From IMG/VR virus record IMGVR_UViG_3300020045_006907, positions 1 to 31,677 of that record: 31,677 nt of DNA; one strand, given 5' to 3'. The stretch's first letter is position 1. Every line of letters begins with the position of its first letter. Position numbers and translations under genes: made by a program. Shown here one piece after another: positions 16,733 through 25,798 of this stretch. Under the pieces are notes generated by a model, which was given only the letters and a program-made list of their open reading frames with translations, ran no database searches and was not told where the DNA came from. This DNA is from a virus. Its lineage: Duplodnaviria; Caudoviricetes.

Positions 16733-16761
16733 ATTATAAATCATTTTTAATTTTCTGTCTA
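16733..16761 (-). promoter_or_regulatory. Early-operon promoter
   Basis: TAGACA-N17-TATAAT; spacer shared with promoters at 6775 and 14422. Confidence 0.75.
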
Positions 16762-16770
16762 GTGCTTACC

Positions 16771-16908
16771 TGTGGATAACTTTTTGTGTGTGTATACTCT
16801 CTGTTGTAGTCTCTGTGTAATCTAATATAGATAGTTTGTCCATTCTGCGCAGGGGATGCGCGAAAAGGGCAAACTTAGTTTGTCCATTCTGCGCAGGGGT
16901 GTGGATAA
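16771..16908. repeat. Putative replication origin: iterons flanked by DnaA boxes
   Basis: 24-bp direct repeat TAGTTTGTCCATTCTGCGCAGGGG at 16832-16855 and 16876-16899, degenerate inverted copy between; TGTGGATAA at 16771-16779 and 16900-16908. Confidence 0.75.
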
Positions 16909-16912
16909 CTTT

Positions 16913-16939
16913 AAACAAAAAGTCCCGCTCAAACGGGAC
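16913..16939 (-). terminator. Intrinsic terminator after the lysis genes
   Basis: GTCCCG-TTTGAG-CGGGAC-TTTTTGTTT on the minus strand. Confidence 0.75.
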
Positions 16940-16988
16940 AATTTGTTATGGGTTGGAACCAAATAACCAACCTTGTTTATATTATAAT

Positions 16989-17174
16989 CTATTTACCGAG
17001 ATAAGGCAAGTTTCCTGAATTATCTCCTTTGTTGGAAAAATAGAAAGTGAAAGCCGCGCCGGATAAAATCATAAAATTATTTTGGTCAAGTTTGCCAAGA
17101 AAAAAAGCGACGCACGAGGCAACTGCCATTAAAATAAAAACGATTTTTGAAGCTGACGCAATAATGTTGTTCAT
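16989..17174 (-). CDS. Probable holin (2 TM)
   Basis: SASKIVFILM...AFTFYFSNK, next to the endolysin; likely start 17174. Confidence 0.65.
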   Translation of the reverse strand: MNNIIASASKIVFILMAVASCVAFFLGKLDQNNFMILSGAAFTFYFSNKGDNSGNLPYLGK

Positions 17175-17262
17175 AAATTTTGACCATTTTGTCCACGCCG
17201 ACAAATTGGTATAAATAAATTATATTAGATATTTTTTAATTGATGTTTTGTTCCAAGAAAAT

Positions 17263-17997
17263 TTATACTATTTGATTAATAATTGGTTGTTTTTCACTTA
17301 ACTTTTCTTCTTTCGTGATCCAGTTTGTTGTCGTTCGTATAGTTTCATTTTGAATTTCTTGCGTCAACCAGTGTCCATAAACGAACATGTTTATTTCTCT
17401 ATTCGTTGGCAGTCGTCCTAACTTTTTTCTCGTTGCGGGGTCAAAGGCAAATCTTTTTTCCGCCAAAAATGTAGCCCAAGTTCGCGGTTGACCGTATCTC
17501 TCATCAACTCGCATATCCTCGAAATCCTTGCCAAAAAACGGTCTCGGGTCAATTCTGCCGCCAAATCCATTATTTTGATTGATGATATTGCCGTTTTTAT
17601 CAATTTGAGCCAAATCGAAGTGGCAATGAGCGCCCCTGCTCCACCCTGTATTGCCCCCTATTGCGATTAACTGCCCCGCCTCCACACAATCACCCTCTTT
17701 GACCTCTAATCGCTCGTTGTGGCCGTATCTCGTGATTATACCGTCAACCACGCTCTTAATGGCGACAAAATTACCAAAACCCTTGTCGAATTCGGCGCGG
17801 ACGACAATACCGGAGTGCGCGGCGTAGATATTCCGTCCTGCCGTAAGCCTCAAATCAATGCCATTATGCCCTCGTAGCCCAATTGAGCGGTAAGTGATAG
17901 GCGTGCCGTCCTCTTTCCACGCTATGGGCATATCCGGATTGCCACCGAATGGTTGAGTAATAACACAATACAGAATGGGTTTTGTTAATTTTTTCAT
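17263..17997 (-). CDS. M23 peptidase endolysin
   Basis: ITQPFG, GHNGIDL (HxxxD), YGH, GNTGWSRGAHCHF (HxH), IDPRPF. Confidence 0.88.
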   Translation of the reverse strand: MKKLTKPILYCVITQPFGGNPDMPIAWKEDGTPITYRSIGLRGHNGIDLRLTAGRNIYAAHSGIVVRAEFDKGFGNFVAIKSVVDGIITRYGHNERLEVKEGDCVEAGQLIAIGGNTGWSRGAHCHFDLAQIDKNGNIINQNNGFGGRIDPRPFFGKDFEDMRVDERYGQPRTWATFLAEKRFAFDPATRKKLGRLPTNREINMFVYGHWLTQEIQNETIRTTTNWITKEEKLSEKQPIINQIV

Positions 17998-17998
17998 A

Positions 17999-19966
17999 TT
18001 ATTTTCCAAAATTAGATTTTTTAACTGTCCCAAGATTATCATCTAGGAGGTTTTTTAACGCTTTAATTTGGTTTTCTTTATTGATTCCCCGAGCTAAGTC
18101 TAACCCCAATTTAGCTGTTCTCACAACTCCTCTTACAGATCCAAATCCTCCTTTAGCGATGTCTGCTCCCGCGGTTGCTATGTCTTGCGCGCGACTTAAT
18201 TCTTGACCGATTTGTCCGGCAAAACCTGTTGGTGCTTCCGGTCCCAAGTGTTTTTCCAAAATATCAGCAAATAACGCTTCCGTAATAATGTCTTTATCAA
18301 TTTTTAAACCATACTTTTTGGCTACCGATTGCATACTTTCTAAATTCTGAATAATTGCGGCGCGACTTTGCGTGTTACTCAGCACCCTTCTCATTCGTGT
18401 ACCCAAAGCTGCATTAGCGAAATCATCACTTAGCTTAAAAGTGCTTCCCATTGAACTACCGATTTTATTTAATTCTTGGATAGTATCTTTATATATTGTG
18501 TTTACATTGTCGTATTCAGGGAAACTTGTATCTAAGACAGAATCGATATTGTGTCTAAAAGTTTTTAAAATATTTGACGCTCGTCCTTTTAGCCCCGTCT
18601 CAGCACCATAAGTTACCACTTCATCGATATAAGATTTAAGTCGGTGAAGTTCCATAGCATCTCCTTTTTTCAATATTCGATTAGCTCTGTTCCATACATT
18701 ATTGATAGATGATTGTACTGAACTTAAATTTTCAAAATCAGAACCTTTAAAATTAAGTTTTCCATTTTTAGTAATTTTAATGCCGTTTTGATTCACCATA
18801 TCATCGGCAAGTTGAGCTACTACCCTAGTAGAATCTATCTTTTGACCTTTTAATTTTTGCGCTACTTGATTCAATGCTTTTCCGGCGGATTTATTTGTTT
18901 TTTCAATAAATTTTGCTTGCTCTAAGAATGTATCACCAACAACATCGCTTGCTCTATTTGTGGCCGCAAACCTTTTATTGCTTGCTCCTTTTTCCCGAAT
19001 ATCTAACATCTTTTTCATACTCATTTTTGATGGAGTTGATGCAGTTTTAATGACGGCAACATCAGCGTCATCTATCCCCTGACTAATCGCCGATTGTGCT
19101 ACCTTATCTTTAACAATTTTACCAGTCTCGGATATTTTTTGCCGAGCAATACTAGCATTAGGTGTTCGTTCTTCCAACAACTTTTTTTGTGCTTGTTGTT
19201 GTATTTCTTTTTCAGATGGAATGCCCAATACTTCATTGCTTACTATTTTACCTCCGCCTGACTTAAAAGATTGATAAGCTCCGTATGTTGACAATAGACC
19301 AAGAAATGTTTTAGCGGCGGCGGATTTCGTATCACCCTTTTTATAGTCTTCATAGCCTTGCTGAAATAACGGCAAAGCGATTACTGCCTGAGGGATAGCC
19401 CCGAACATATTCGTTATTACTCCTTCTGCGGCTGTTCTCCCTGTTCGTTCGCCAAATTCTGCGGTTTGTTTGCCAATATCCGCTGCCGTCTCCCACGCCT
19501 TACCTGACGCCTCCATAACTCCTTTGCCTTCATAAAGTTGTTTGCCAAATTCTGCCGACCCGCCAACAGCTCCTCCGATAACCGCGCCGGCCGCGCCAAC
19601 TACCTTACCGACTCCTTGTTTGAATTGTTTGAGTATAGGAAGGTCTGTGGTCGCTTGAACTGCTCCTGTTATGGCATTGGATATATTGCTAAAAGTGCTT
19701 GGTTTTTCTGTTTTAGCAACATTTTCAAATTTCTCCGTTTCTGGGTTATACTCTATTCTGCTATATTGCGGAACGCCAAAATTAGATACAGGTTTAACCG
19801 AAGTATCCACGGTAGTTCCTACGGCAGTTTTTTCTTTCGCTAATCCAACTTGATATTTGCCGGTTGCGATAGGTTGCGCTGGTTGATTTGGTTGTATCGT
19901 GGGCTGTGGAGTTGGTTGTGGCGTATTTATTTTTTTTTGTGCGGCTGTTCCAATTGTGTATGGCAT
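17999..19966 (-). CDS. Probable internal virion/DNA ejection protein
   Basis: 655 aa, Gly/Ala-rich amphipathic segment, located after the tail genes. Confidence 0.6.
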   Translation of the reverse strand: MPYTIGTAAQKKINTPQPTPQPTIQPNQPAQPIATGKYQVGLAKEKTAVGTTVDTSVKPVSNFGVPQYSRIEYNPETEKFENVAKTEKPSTFSNISNAITGAVQATTDLPILKQFKQGVGKVVGAAGAVIGGAVGGSAEFGKQLYEGKGVMEASGKAWETAADIGKQTAEFGERTGRTAAEGVITNMFGAIPQAVIALPLFQQGYEDYKKGDTKSAAAKTFLGLLSTYGAYQSFKSGGGKIVSNEVLGIPSEKEIQQQAQKKLLEERTPNASIARQKISETGKIVKDKVAQSAISQGIDDADVAVIKTASTPSKMSMKKMLDIREKGASNKRFAATNRASDVVGDTFLEQAKFIEKTNKSAGKALNQVAQKLKGQKIDSTRVVAQLADDMVNQNGIKITKNGKLNFKGSDFENLSSVQSSINNVWNRANRILKKGDAMELHRLKSYIDEVVTYGAETGLKGRASNILKTFRHNIDSVLDTSFPEYDNVNTIYKDTIQELNKIGSSMGSTFKLSDDFANAALGTRMRRVLSNTQSRAAIIQNLESMQSVAKKYGLKIDKDIITEALFADILEKHLGPEAPTGFAGQIGQELSRAQDIATAGADIAKGGFGSVRGVVRTAKLGLDLARGINKENQIKALKNLLDDNLGTVKKSNFGK

Positions 19967-19968
19967 AT

Positions 19969-21531
19969 TTATTTATATTTAACGGTATAACCTTGCGATA
20001 TGGCAGAGTTAATTTCTTCACGATTTAGTTGTCCTTCGTCTACTGGATTATTTTTATCATCGTAAATAACAACATCAGCATCAAGGCCGGCCATATTCGC
20101 AAAAGTTCCTTTGATTCTATTTAATTCCGTTTTAAAGTCTTCGTTCGATAAATATCGATTAAAAGCACTGGCTGATTTTTCCAAAGTTGCTGCTTCAAAT
20201 TCTGAAATTGCTCCTTGACCCTTTAATTTCTCTCGACTATTCACCGACAATATGCCCTTAATTTGGTCATACAATGCCATTTCTTTGGCGTTTGTAAAAG
20301 CATTGATACCGAATGCTTGACCGGCGCCAGTAATTGCATCGGTGTTTAAGCCTGACAGTTCTTTCGCTATCGCATAATTATTAATTGCTTCGCTGGTTGC
20401 TTTTTTTTGCATTTCGACAGCTTCGATTGTTTTTTTTGCGGCGTCTTGTGCTAGTTTTTTGTTATCTTGCGCGTATTTAAGCCCAAATTGTCTTTTGTCC
20501 TCTTCAAATTTCTTTTCTGCCATTGCATAATCTCTGTTAGCTTTTTCTTTTGTTTGGTCGATTTGTAGCTGATTTTGCGCGTAATTTTCGCCAAATTGTC
20601 TTTTCTTTTCTTCAAAATTTTTCAATGACAAATCTTGCGCAAATTTATCTTTTTGCGCTTGAATTTTTTCTTTTCTTAAAGTTTCAGACTGTTCTGACGC
20701 GGCGGCGGATTTCGTATCCGCTCTTTCTAACGCGAATTTTGATGCCTCTACCGATGATTGTCTTTGCGCTTGAAGGCGCGCCATTTTACGCTCCAAAGGC
20801 TCTGATAAATTAAGCGCGCGCTCCTCTACGGATTTCATTTGACCGGTTATAAAGTCCAAAGGTATAGGTTGGTCAGATATGTTTCTATAAGCTTTTTTTG
20901 TTGATTCTACAAGCTTGTCAATATCCTCTTGGGTTGATAATTCCTCAGGAGTAATTTGAAGTGATTTTTGGTATGCTTCTTCCGCTGTTGTTTGCGCCTT
21001 TACTGTTTCCGGAGGAAGTGGCGCAGGCGTTATTGGCTGAGGTGTTATTTCTGCGGCAGTTTCAACTTTTGGCATTGTGGGAGTTATTGGTTGCTCTTGA
21101 GTAGAAGTAATCATCGGCGAGACAGGTTGTTGTCCGGATTTCGCAACAGCCGGCGCAGGTGGTTGTGTTTCCAATTGAAAACCTCCGGCGAACGCGCTTG
21201 GATCACCAACTTGCACTGCCTTTCTTTCTCCGGTTTGCGGATTAAAAACAGTGGCCATTTTTGATTGAGGTGGTTTTATTTGTGGAATAACGGGGGTGGT
21301 AGGTTTTACGCGAGGTTGTAATTGCGGACCAATGGGAGCGCTATATTGTGTCGCATTAGGAGTTATTTGCGGGGTTGGTGGTTGTCCCGCGCCGTTAATC
21401 GACGGCAACACAACAGACCCTGACTGAGGGTTATAATTTGACATCGGAATAGGCGCGGCCGGCTGTATATTGGGTTGTTTTTTCGTTAAATTATATGGAT
21501 TTAACGTATTTCCATAAAGATTTACTGGCAT
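19969..21531 (-). CDS. Probable internal virion/ejection protein
   Basis: Pro/Gln-rich N-terminus, coiled coil with FEExKRQFG twice, LKGQGAISEFE motif. Confidence 0.6.
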   Translation of the reverse strand: MPVNLYGNTLNPYNLTKKQPNIQPAAPIPMSNYNPQSGSVVLPSINGAGQPPTPQITPNATQYSAPIGPQLQPRVKPTTPVIPQIKPPQSKMATVFNPQTGERKAVQVGDPSAFAGGFQLETQPPAPAVAKSGQQPVSPMITSTQEQPITPTMPKVETAAEITPQPITPAPLPPETVKAQTTAEEAYQKSLQITPEELSTQEDIDKLVESTKKAYRNISDQPIPLDFITGQMKSVEERALNLSEPLERKMARLQAQRQSSVEASKFALERADTKSAAASEQSETLRKEKIQAQKDKFAQDLSLKNFEEKKRQFGENYAQNQLQIDQTKEKANRDYAMAEKKFEEDKRQFGLKYAQDNKKLAQDAAKKTIEAVEMQKKATSEAINNYAIAKELSGLNTDAITGAGQAFGINAFTNAKEMALYDQIKGILSVNSREKLKGQGAISEFEAATLEKSASAFNRYLSNEDFKTELNRIKGTFANMAGLDADVVIYDDKNNPVDEGQLNREEINSAISQGYTVKYK

Positions 21532-21535
21532 ATTT

Positions 21536-22432
21536 TTATAAATTTATTACTAAATTAGGATTTATTATTTGGTCGTCTCCTCCATCATCAAGCACCATAG
21601 AAACATCATTCACTCCGTATGTTCTGAATAGCGATGATATTCCTTCACTTAGCATAACTTTGAAATCATTTTTTCTGTCGTCTTTTTCTTTTGACCAGTA
21701 TCTATAAGCTCCGTAAATTTCCGGTAAATCGTGAAAGGCTTCGGGAAGTTGAGGCATCATACCTATTATGTATGCTTGCGAACCTGCCGCGATACTTGTC
21801 CCGCCATACTTCCTTACCAGTTCGATATTTGTTGTATTTGTGACTGATGATATTTCATACCATAGTCCATCGCCTGAGTCTGTACCGTCATCTTGCGTAA
21901 TACGCAACCATCGGCCTGTCATAGGATATGTCCATGTTGTGCCGCTTGCCACAATAGTCTCGTCACTTACAGTAGCGGTTGTGATCGTTCCAGTCGTATA
22001 ATCCGCTGTATTGATGTCTTGTACTCTTATTTTACCATTTATTGATATGGTATTACCAGAAGACGACGGCCTCGGCCATAATCCTATTTGGCCATTATAC
22101 ACAAACCAATATTCAGGAGTATCAGAACTGTAAGAACTATAATGGAGTTTATCCCAATGCTGACGAGACGGTGAAGGTTTCGGGCTGTATCTTGTGCTTC
22201 CAACCGTAACAAACACACTTTCAACTTGGTCTATATCGTAAGGTAAATTTACAAAAGTAGTAGAGGCGACAGTTGTTGCTGTTCGCAATCTGTGTAAAAA
22301 TGGCCAGTCAGCCAACGCTAAAAGACGACGGTGAAAATCGTTCATTATTCTATCGCCGTATGTAAGATTTGCCGATGTTGTATCTTTTGTATCGACTCCG
22401 TAATCTGTTCTAAGTGTTGTATAACTTTTCAT
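21536..22432 (-). CDS. Head-tail adaptor / tail tubular A-like protein
   Basis: DWPFL, VNLPYD, PEYW...IGLWPRP, LPEAFHDL. Confidence 0.65.
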   Translation of the reverse strand: MKSYTTLRTDYGVDTKDTTSANLTYGDRIMNDFHRRLLALADWPFLHRLRTATTVASTTFVNLPYDIDQVESVFVTVGSTRYSPKPSPSRQHWDKLHYSSYSSDTPEYWFVYNGQIGLWPRPSSSGNTISINGKIRVQDINTADYTTGTITTATVSDETIVASGTTWTYPMTGRWLRITQDDGTDSGDGLWYEISSVTNTTNIELVRKYGGTSIAAGSQAYIIGMMPQLPEAFHDLPEIYGAYRYWSKEKDDRKNDFKVMLSEGISSLFRTYGVNDVSMVLDDGGDDQIINPNLVINL

Positions 22433-22890
22433 ATGGTTATTTCAATTATTATTGTGACATTATTTACATTTGTTAAAGCCCCCGTATCCTTTAATGCTAG
22501 TCTATCGCCTATCGCAAGATTCCTATTGGAGTTTGTAGCGGTCATTGTTGCTGTTTGGACAGTGTTCGCGGTTGCCTTTAATGATAGTGCCGCCGAGAGT
22601 GTTGAAGTCCCCGCATCCAATGCCTGAGTTCCGGTTAATTTTTCTAGGTCAAGAGTTACGGCTCCTCCGTCATTACCGGCAGTCTGATGAACTTCCCAAA
22701 ATCCCGATATATAGCACGCTCCTATTTGATTGATAAAAAATACGCCATAATTTCCAGCCGTCGCGGCATCCGATCCTACAATAGTATGCGTAACATAAAA
22801 TTTTTTACCTTGTAAAAATTGATATTCAAAATTATTACTTGACGAAAAATTTTCATTTGTATTTCCCGCGTCTTGTTTTTGTTGTGTCAT
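22429..22890 (-). CDS. Virion structural protein
   Basis: Beta-rich protein coupled to its neighbours. Confidence 0.6.
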   Translation of the reverse strand: MTQQKQDAGNTNENFSSSNNFEYQFLQGKKFYVTHTIVGSDAATAGNYGVFFINQIGACYISGFWEVHQTAGNDGGAVTLDLEKLTGTQALDAGTSTLSAALSLKATANTVQTATMTATNSNRNLAIGDRLALKDTGALTNVNNVTIIIEITI

Positions 22891-22891
22891 A

Positions 22892-24463
22892 TTAGTCATC
22901 TAATAATGTTAAATTAATATCTATGGGGAGGAGTATGCTATTGCCATCTGAACCCGTCATTGTAAATTCCAAAAAGAAATGGTGTTGACCTCTATAACTC
23001 GCTGTTGTTGCTTCGTCTATTTCTTGCGATTTATATTCGATTATGCTTTGTCCTGAATAATTTGTGTTGTTAATTGTGTTGAGTGTTTTGATTGTATTGT
23101 AATCGTAATAAATTTTAACAACTACATTCGTGTTTGCAGTGACTGCGTTAGACAATGGTATTCTTATGTTATCAATGTTAAATGTTTGTTCTACGGTGAA
23201 TACTTGCGTTCTGAAAATGGCATTATAAGAACTGCCTGATAGTTTGTCCATCCCAGTCGCGCTGTCATCTTTCCACCCAATAACACCGCGCGGAAAAACA
23301 CCGGATGCTTGTTGAGCGAATTTGAATGCTGTTATTACTCTGTTTGCTCCCGCCGACGAAGACCTGATAGGTACATGTCTTGCGTTATTCGGAAGTTTTG
23401 CATTTTTTGAACCTAACGAAAATATACATCCGGCGCCTGTTGGCTCTGTAATAACTCCACCCCAAGCTAACCTACTGCCATAAACATCAACTGCTCCTGC
23501 GAATGGGCTATATCCTTCCTCGAAATAATCAACATCTTCCAACGAGTATCCATCTAAATATCTTGACACTCTAAAACCGGTATTCCTATTTCCAGAAAAA
23601 ACATATAATTGTCCGTTCTTATTTATTAAGGCTGTTGCAAGTGGATCGGATAATGGGACTTGTCGGTAGAATGTATCTTTTATAGTATCCCACAAAAACA
23701 TTGCCGCATTGCCTTGATTTAGTCCAGAATCATTTGTTTGAATTGCAAGGATAGCTAAACTTGTGCCATAACTTTCAATATCCATCGGCATATAGCCAAA
23801 AGGTAAATCCAAAACATTATATGCAGAACCGTCGTTCGTGTCACCCTCTACTGTCACTTTTTTTGTTTTAATTGCGTGTATCATTCCTTGCCCATTAGCA
23901 AAATCACCAAAATATAAAATATTGTTAGAGTGAACATGCATTGGATGATTTGGGTAATATTCTTGAAATATCGGGTAGGTTGTATTAGTTAACGCTGTTT
24001 GTGTCCCAAGAGTTGAACCTGACCATACTGTATTTGTTAGTGATGGTGATCCGTTAAGCGGACCATATCTTGCAACATCTGTCGGAGTGGCAATGTAAAT
24101 ATAATTGTTATAATACGCCATTCCATTACCTGCTCCTGATGTTGGAGTTCCAATATTAGTCTCATCGGTAAAACTTGAACTATGACTAACAAACCTTCCG
24201 TTTGATAGATATGAGTATATCAATGCATTCTTTGGGTTTGTCACTATCCACATCGGCGCGGAATTTACGACTGTGCTAGTAAATTTTATATAGCTTGACG
24301 GCGTAATAACACCCGCGGCTCTGTTTGTAAGTGGCGTATTAGGCAATGGAATATCCGGGTCAATACCTACCGATGATAAATATTGCCCTTCCGACATAAA
24401 AAATACAGTGGGCGATTGTCCATTTAGGATACTTTTTACTTGTTTTAATTCTTGCTTTGCCAT
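22892..24463 (-). CDS. Tail nozzle / stabilization (beta-propeller-like) protein
   Basis: About 520 aa, beta-rich, in the tail module. Confidence 0.55.
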   Translation of the reverse strand: MAKQELKQVKSILNGQSPTVFFMSEGQYLSSVGIDPDIPLPNTPLTNRAAGVITPSSYIKFTSTVVNSAPMWIVTNPKNALIYSYLSNGRFVSHSSSFTDETNIGTPTSGAGNGMAYYNNYIYIATPTDVARYGPLNGSPSLTNTVWSGSTLGTQTALTNTTYPIFQEYYPNHPMHVHSNNILYFGDFANGQGMIHAIKTKKVTVEGDTNDGSAYNVLDLPFGYMPMDIESYGTSLAILAIQTNDSGLNQGNAAMFLWDTIKDTFYRQVPLSDPLATALINKNGQLYVFSGNRNTGFRVSRYLDGYSLEDVDYFEEGYSPFAGAVDVYGSRLAWGGVITEPTGAGCIFSLGSKNAKLPNNARHVPIRSSSAGANRVITAFKFAQQASGVFPRGVIGWKDDSATGMDKLSGSSYNAIFRTQVFTVEQTFNIDNIRIPLSNAVTANTNVVVKIYYDYNTIKTLNTINNTNYSGQSIIEYKSQEIDEATTASYRGQHHFFLEFTMTGSDGNSILLPIDINLTLLDD

Positions 24464-24464
24464 A

Positions 24465-24764
24465 TTATTTATCAACTTTACTATTTAATAGACTTTCAAT
24501 TTTAGTGATTTTATCGTGGTCGTCAGAAAATTTTTCATTTACTTTTCTCTGTTCTGAAACAAATGTATATAACATTTCATTTTTGGTTATAATTTCTACT
24601 TTTATTCCAGCAATGTCATATTGTATTTTTAGAAAAAATCCGACTATGGTAGTGACAAAAATAACAATACTTGTTGTTATGCCAATAAAAAATCTAAGCC
24701 TTCCTATCGTAATGACGGTGTTGTCAATCGGGTCGAATGGTGCTAATAAGTCTGGTCTTGTCAT
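24465..24764 (-). CDS. Single-TM coiled-coil protein
   Basis: Hydrophobic FFIGITTSIVIFVTTIVGFFL followed by a coiled coil. Confidence 0.6.
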   Translation of the reverse strand: MTRPDLLAPFDPIDNTVITIGRLRFFIGITTSIVIFVTTIVGFFLKIQYDIAGIKVEIITKNEMLYTFVSEQRKVNEKFSDDHDKITKIESLLNSKVDK

Positions 24765-24768
24765 AGAG

Positions 24769-25794
24769 TTAAAATAAAGCAAAAAAATTGCTATTTAGTG
24801 TTGTTTCTGTATAAGTCACCTCCAAATACGGGTCTTGGGAAGTGCCAGTTGCTTCCTCTGCCCATACATTCGCACCATTAACCGTTGACGGAGCACTATC
24901 ATCTAAATCTGAATCTGACCGCAACCCGAAATAAGTATAAGCAGTCTTGCTAATCCACCCATAGCCAGTCGCATTAAGCGTAATAGTAAAATACTCATTT
25001 TCTACAATAGTATTATGAGCTATCCTAGTAGCCCCCTCAGTCGGGCTATGCGTATCTCCACAATTATCGAAATCATTGGCTGTCAAACTTTCTGATGAAG
25101 CTTGTGTCGAATTCACAACGCCAACACTACCAACAGCAGTGCCATTGCTGGACGCACACAAATATATCGTTCCACCTTGAATCGTAGCGTCATCAGGTAA
25201 GCCTGAAGCATTGGGGACAACGAAAGCTCGCCTGACAGTGTATGTGCTACCATTTAATCCACCAGCCCAACCAAATTCTGTGCTTGTATAATCAGCAGTG
25301 CCGCTTGTAGCGTTGTGATATGTGTCCCAACTTGTAGTTCCGCTTGCAGTGACTTGCCCATCACCAGGCCTTGAATAATATGGGCCGCCAACTGTCCCGA
25401 AAAACGGCAACGGCAATCCAAAAAACTTTTTACAAAAAACGCCGAACATTATCACATAAGCCAACCCAACAGGAGAAAATTGCCATTTATATTGTTTAAG
25501 GTCAAAGCCTTTCAAATATGCGAATGGTGATAAATTATAGGCGAGTGCCTCCGAAAATCGCGGACTGGTAAAGGCTGCCATTTTATATTCCTTGACTTTT
25601 ACTTTTCCGTTTATCTTTTTGTGTTTTCCCGTAGCCCAGCAGATTGAAGTGGGGTTGACTTGACTGATTATCTTTCCTTTTAATTGTTTTGGCAAACGGT
25701 TAAGCCCAAGCAACCATCGACTTATCCAGTGGTTGGCAATCCAAAGCAGAGTTTTCTGATTTTTTTCAAAATAATTTTTATTAAAATCAAACAT
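24769..25794 (-). CDS. Virion-associated protein, C-terminal beta-sandwich domain
   Basis: Basic N-terminus, hydrophobic segment, then S/T/G-rich domain ending DPYLEVTY. Confidence 0.6.
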   Translation of the reverse strand: MFDFNKNYFEKNQKTLLWIANHWISRWLLGLNRLPKQLKGKIISQVNPTSICWATGKHKKINGKVKVKEYKMAAFTSPRFSEALAYNLSPFAYLKGFDLKQYKWQFSPVGLAYVIMFGVFCKKFFGLPLPFFGTVGGPYYSRPGDGQVTASGTTSWDTYHNATSGTADYTSTEFGWAGGLNGSTYTVRRAFVVPNASGLPDDATIQGGTIYLCASSNGTAVGSVGVVNSTQASSESLTANDFDNCGDTHSPTEGATRIAHNTIVENEYFTITLNATGYGWISKTAYTYFGLRSDSDLDDSAPSTVNGANVWAEEATGTSQDPYLEVTYTETTLNSNFFALF

Positions 25795-25798
25795 AAAA

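Noticed and set aside
16832-16899. Mini-CRISPR (two 24-bp repeats)
   Set aside because: The 20-nt spacer is itself an inverted degenerate repeat copy and DnaA boxes flank the array; iterons fit better
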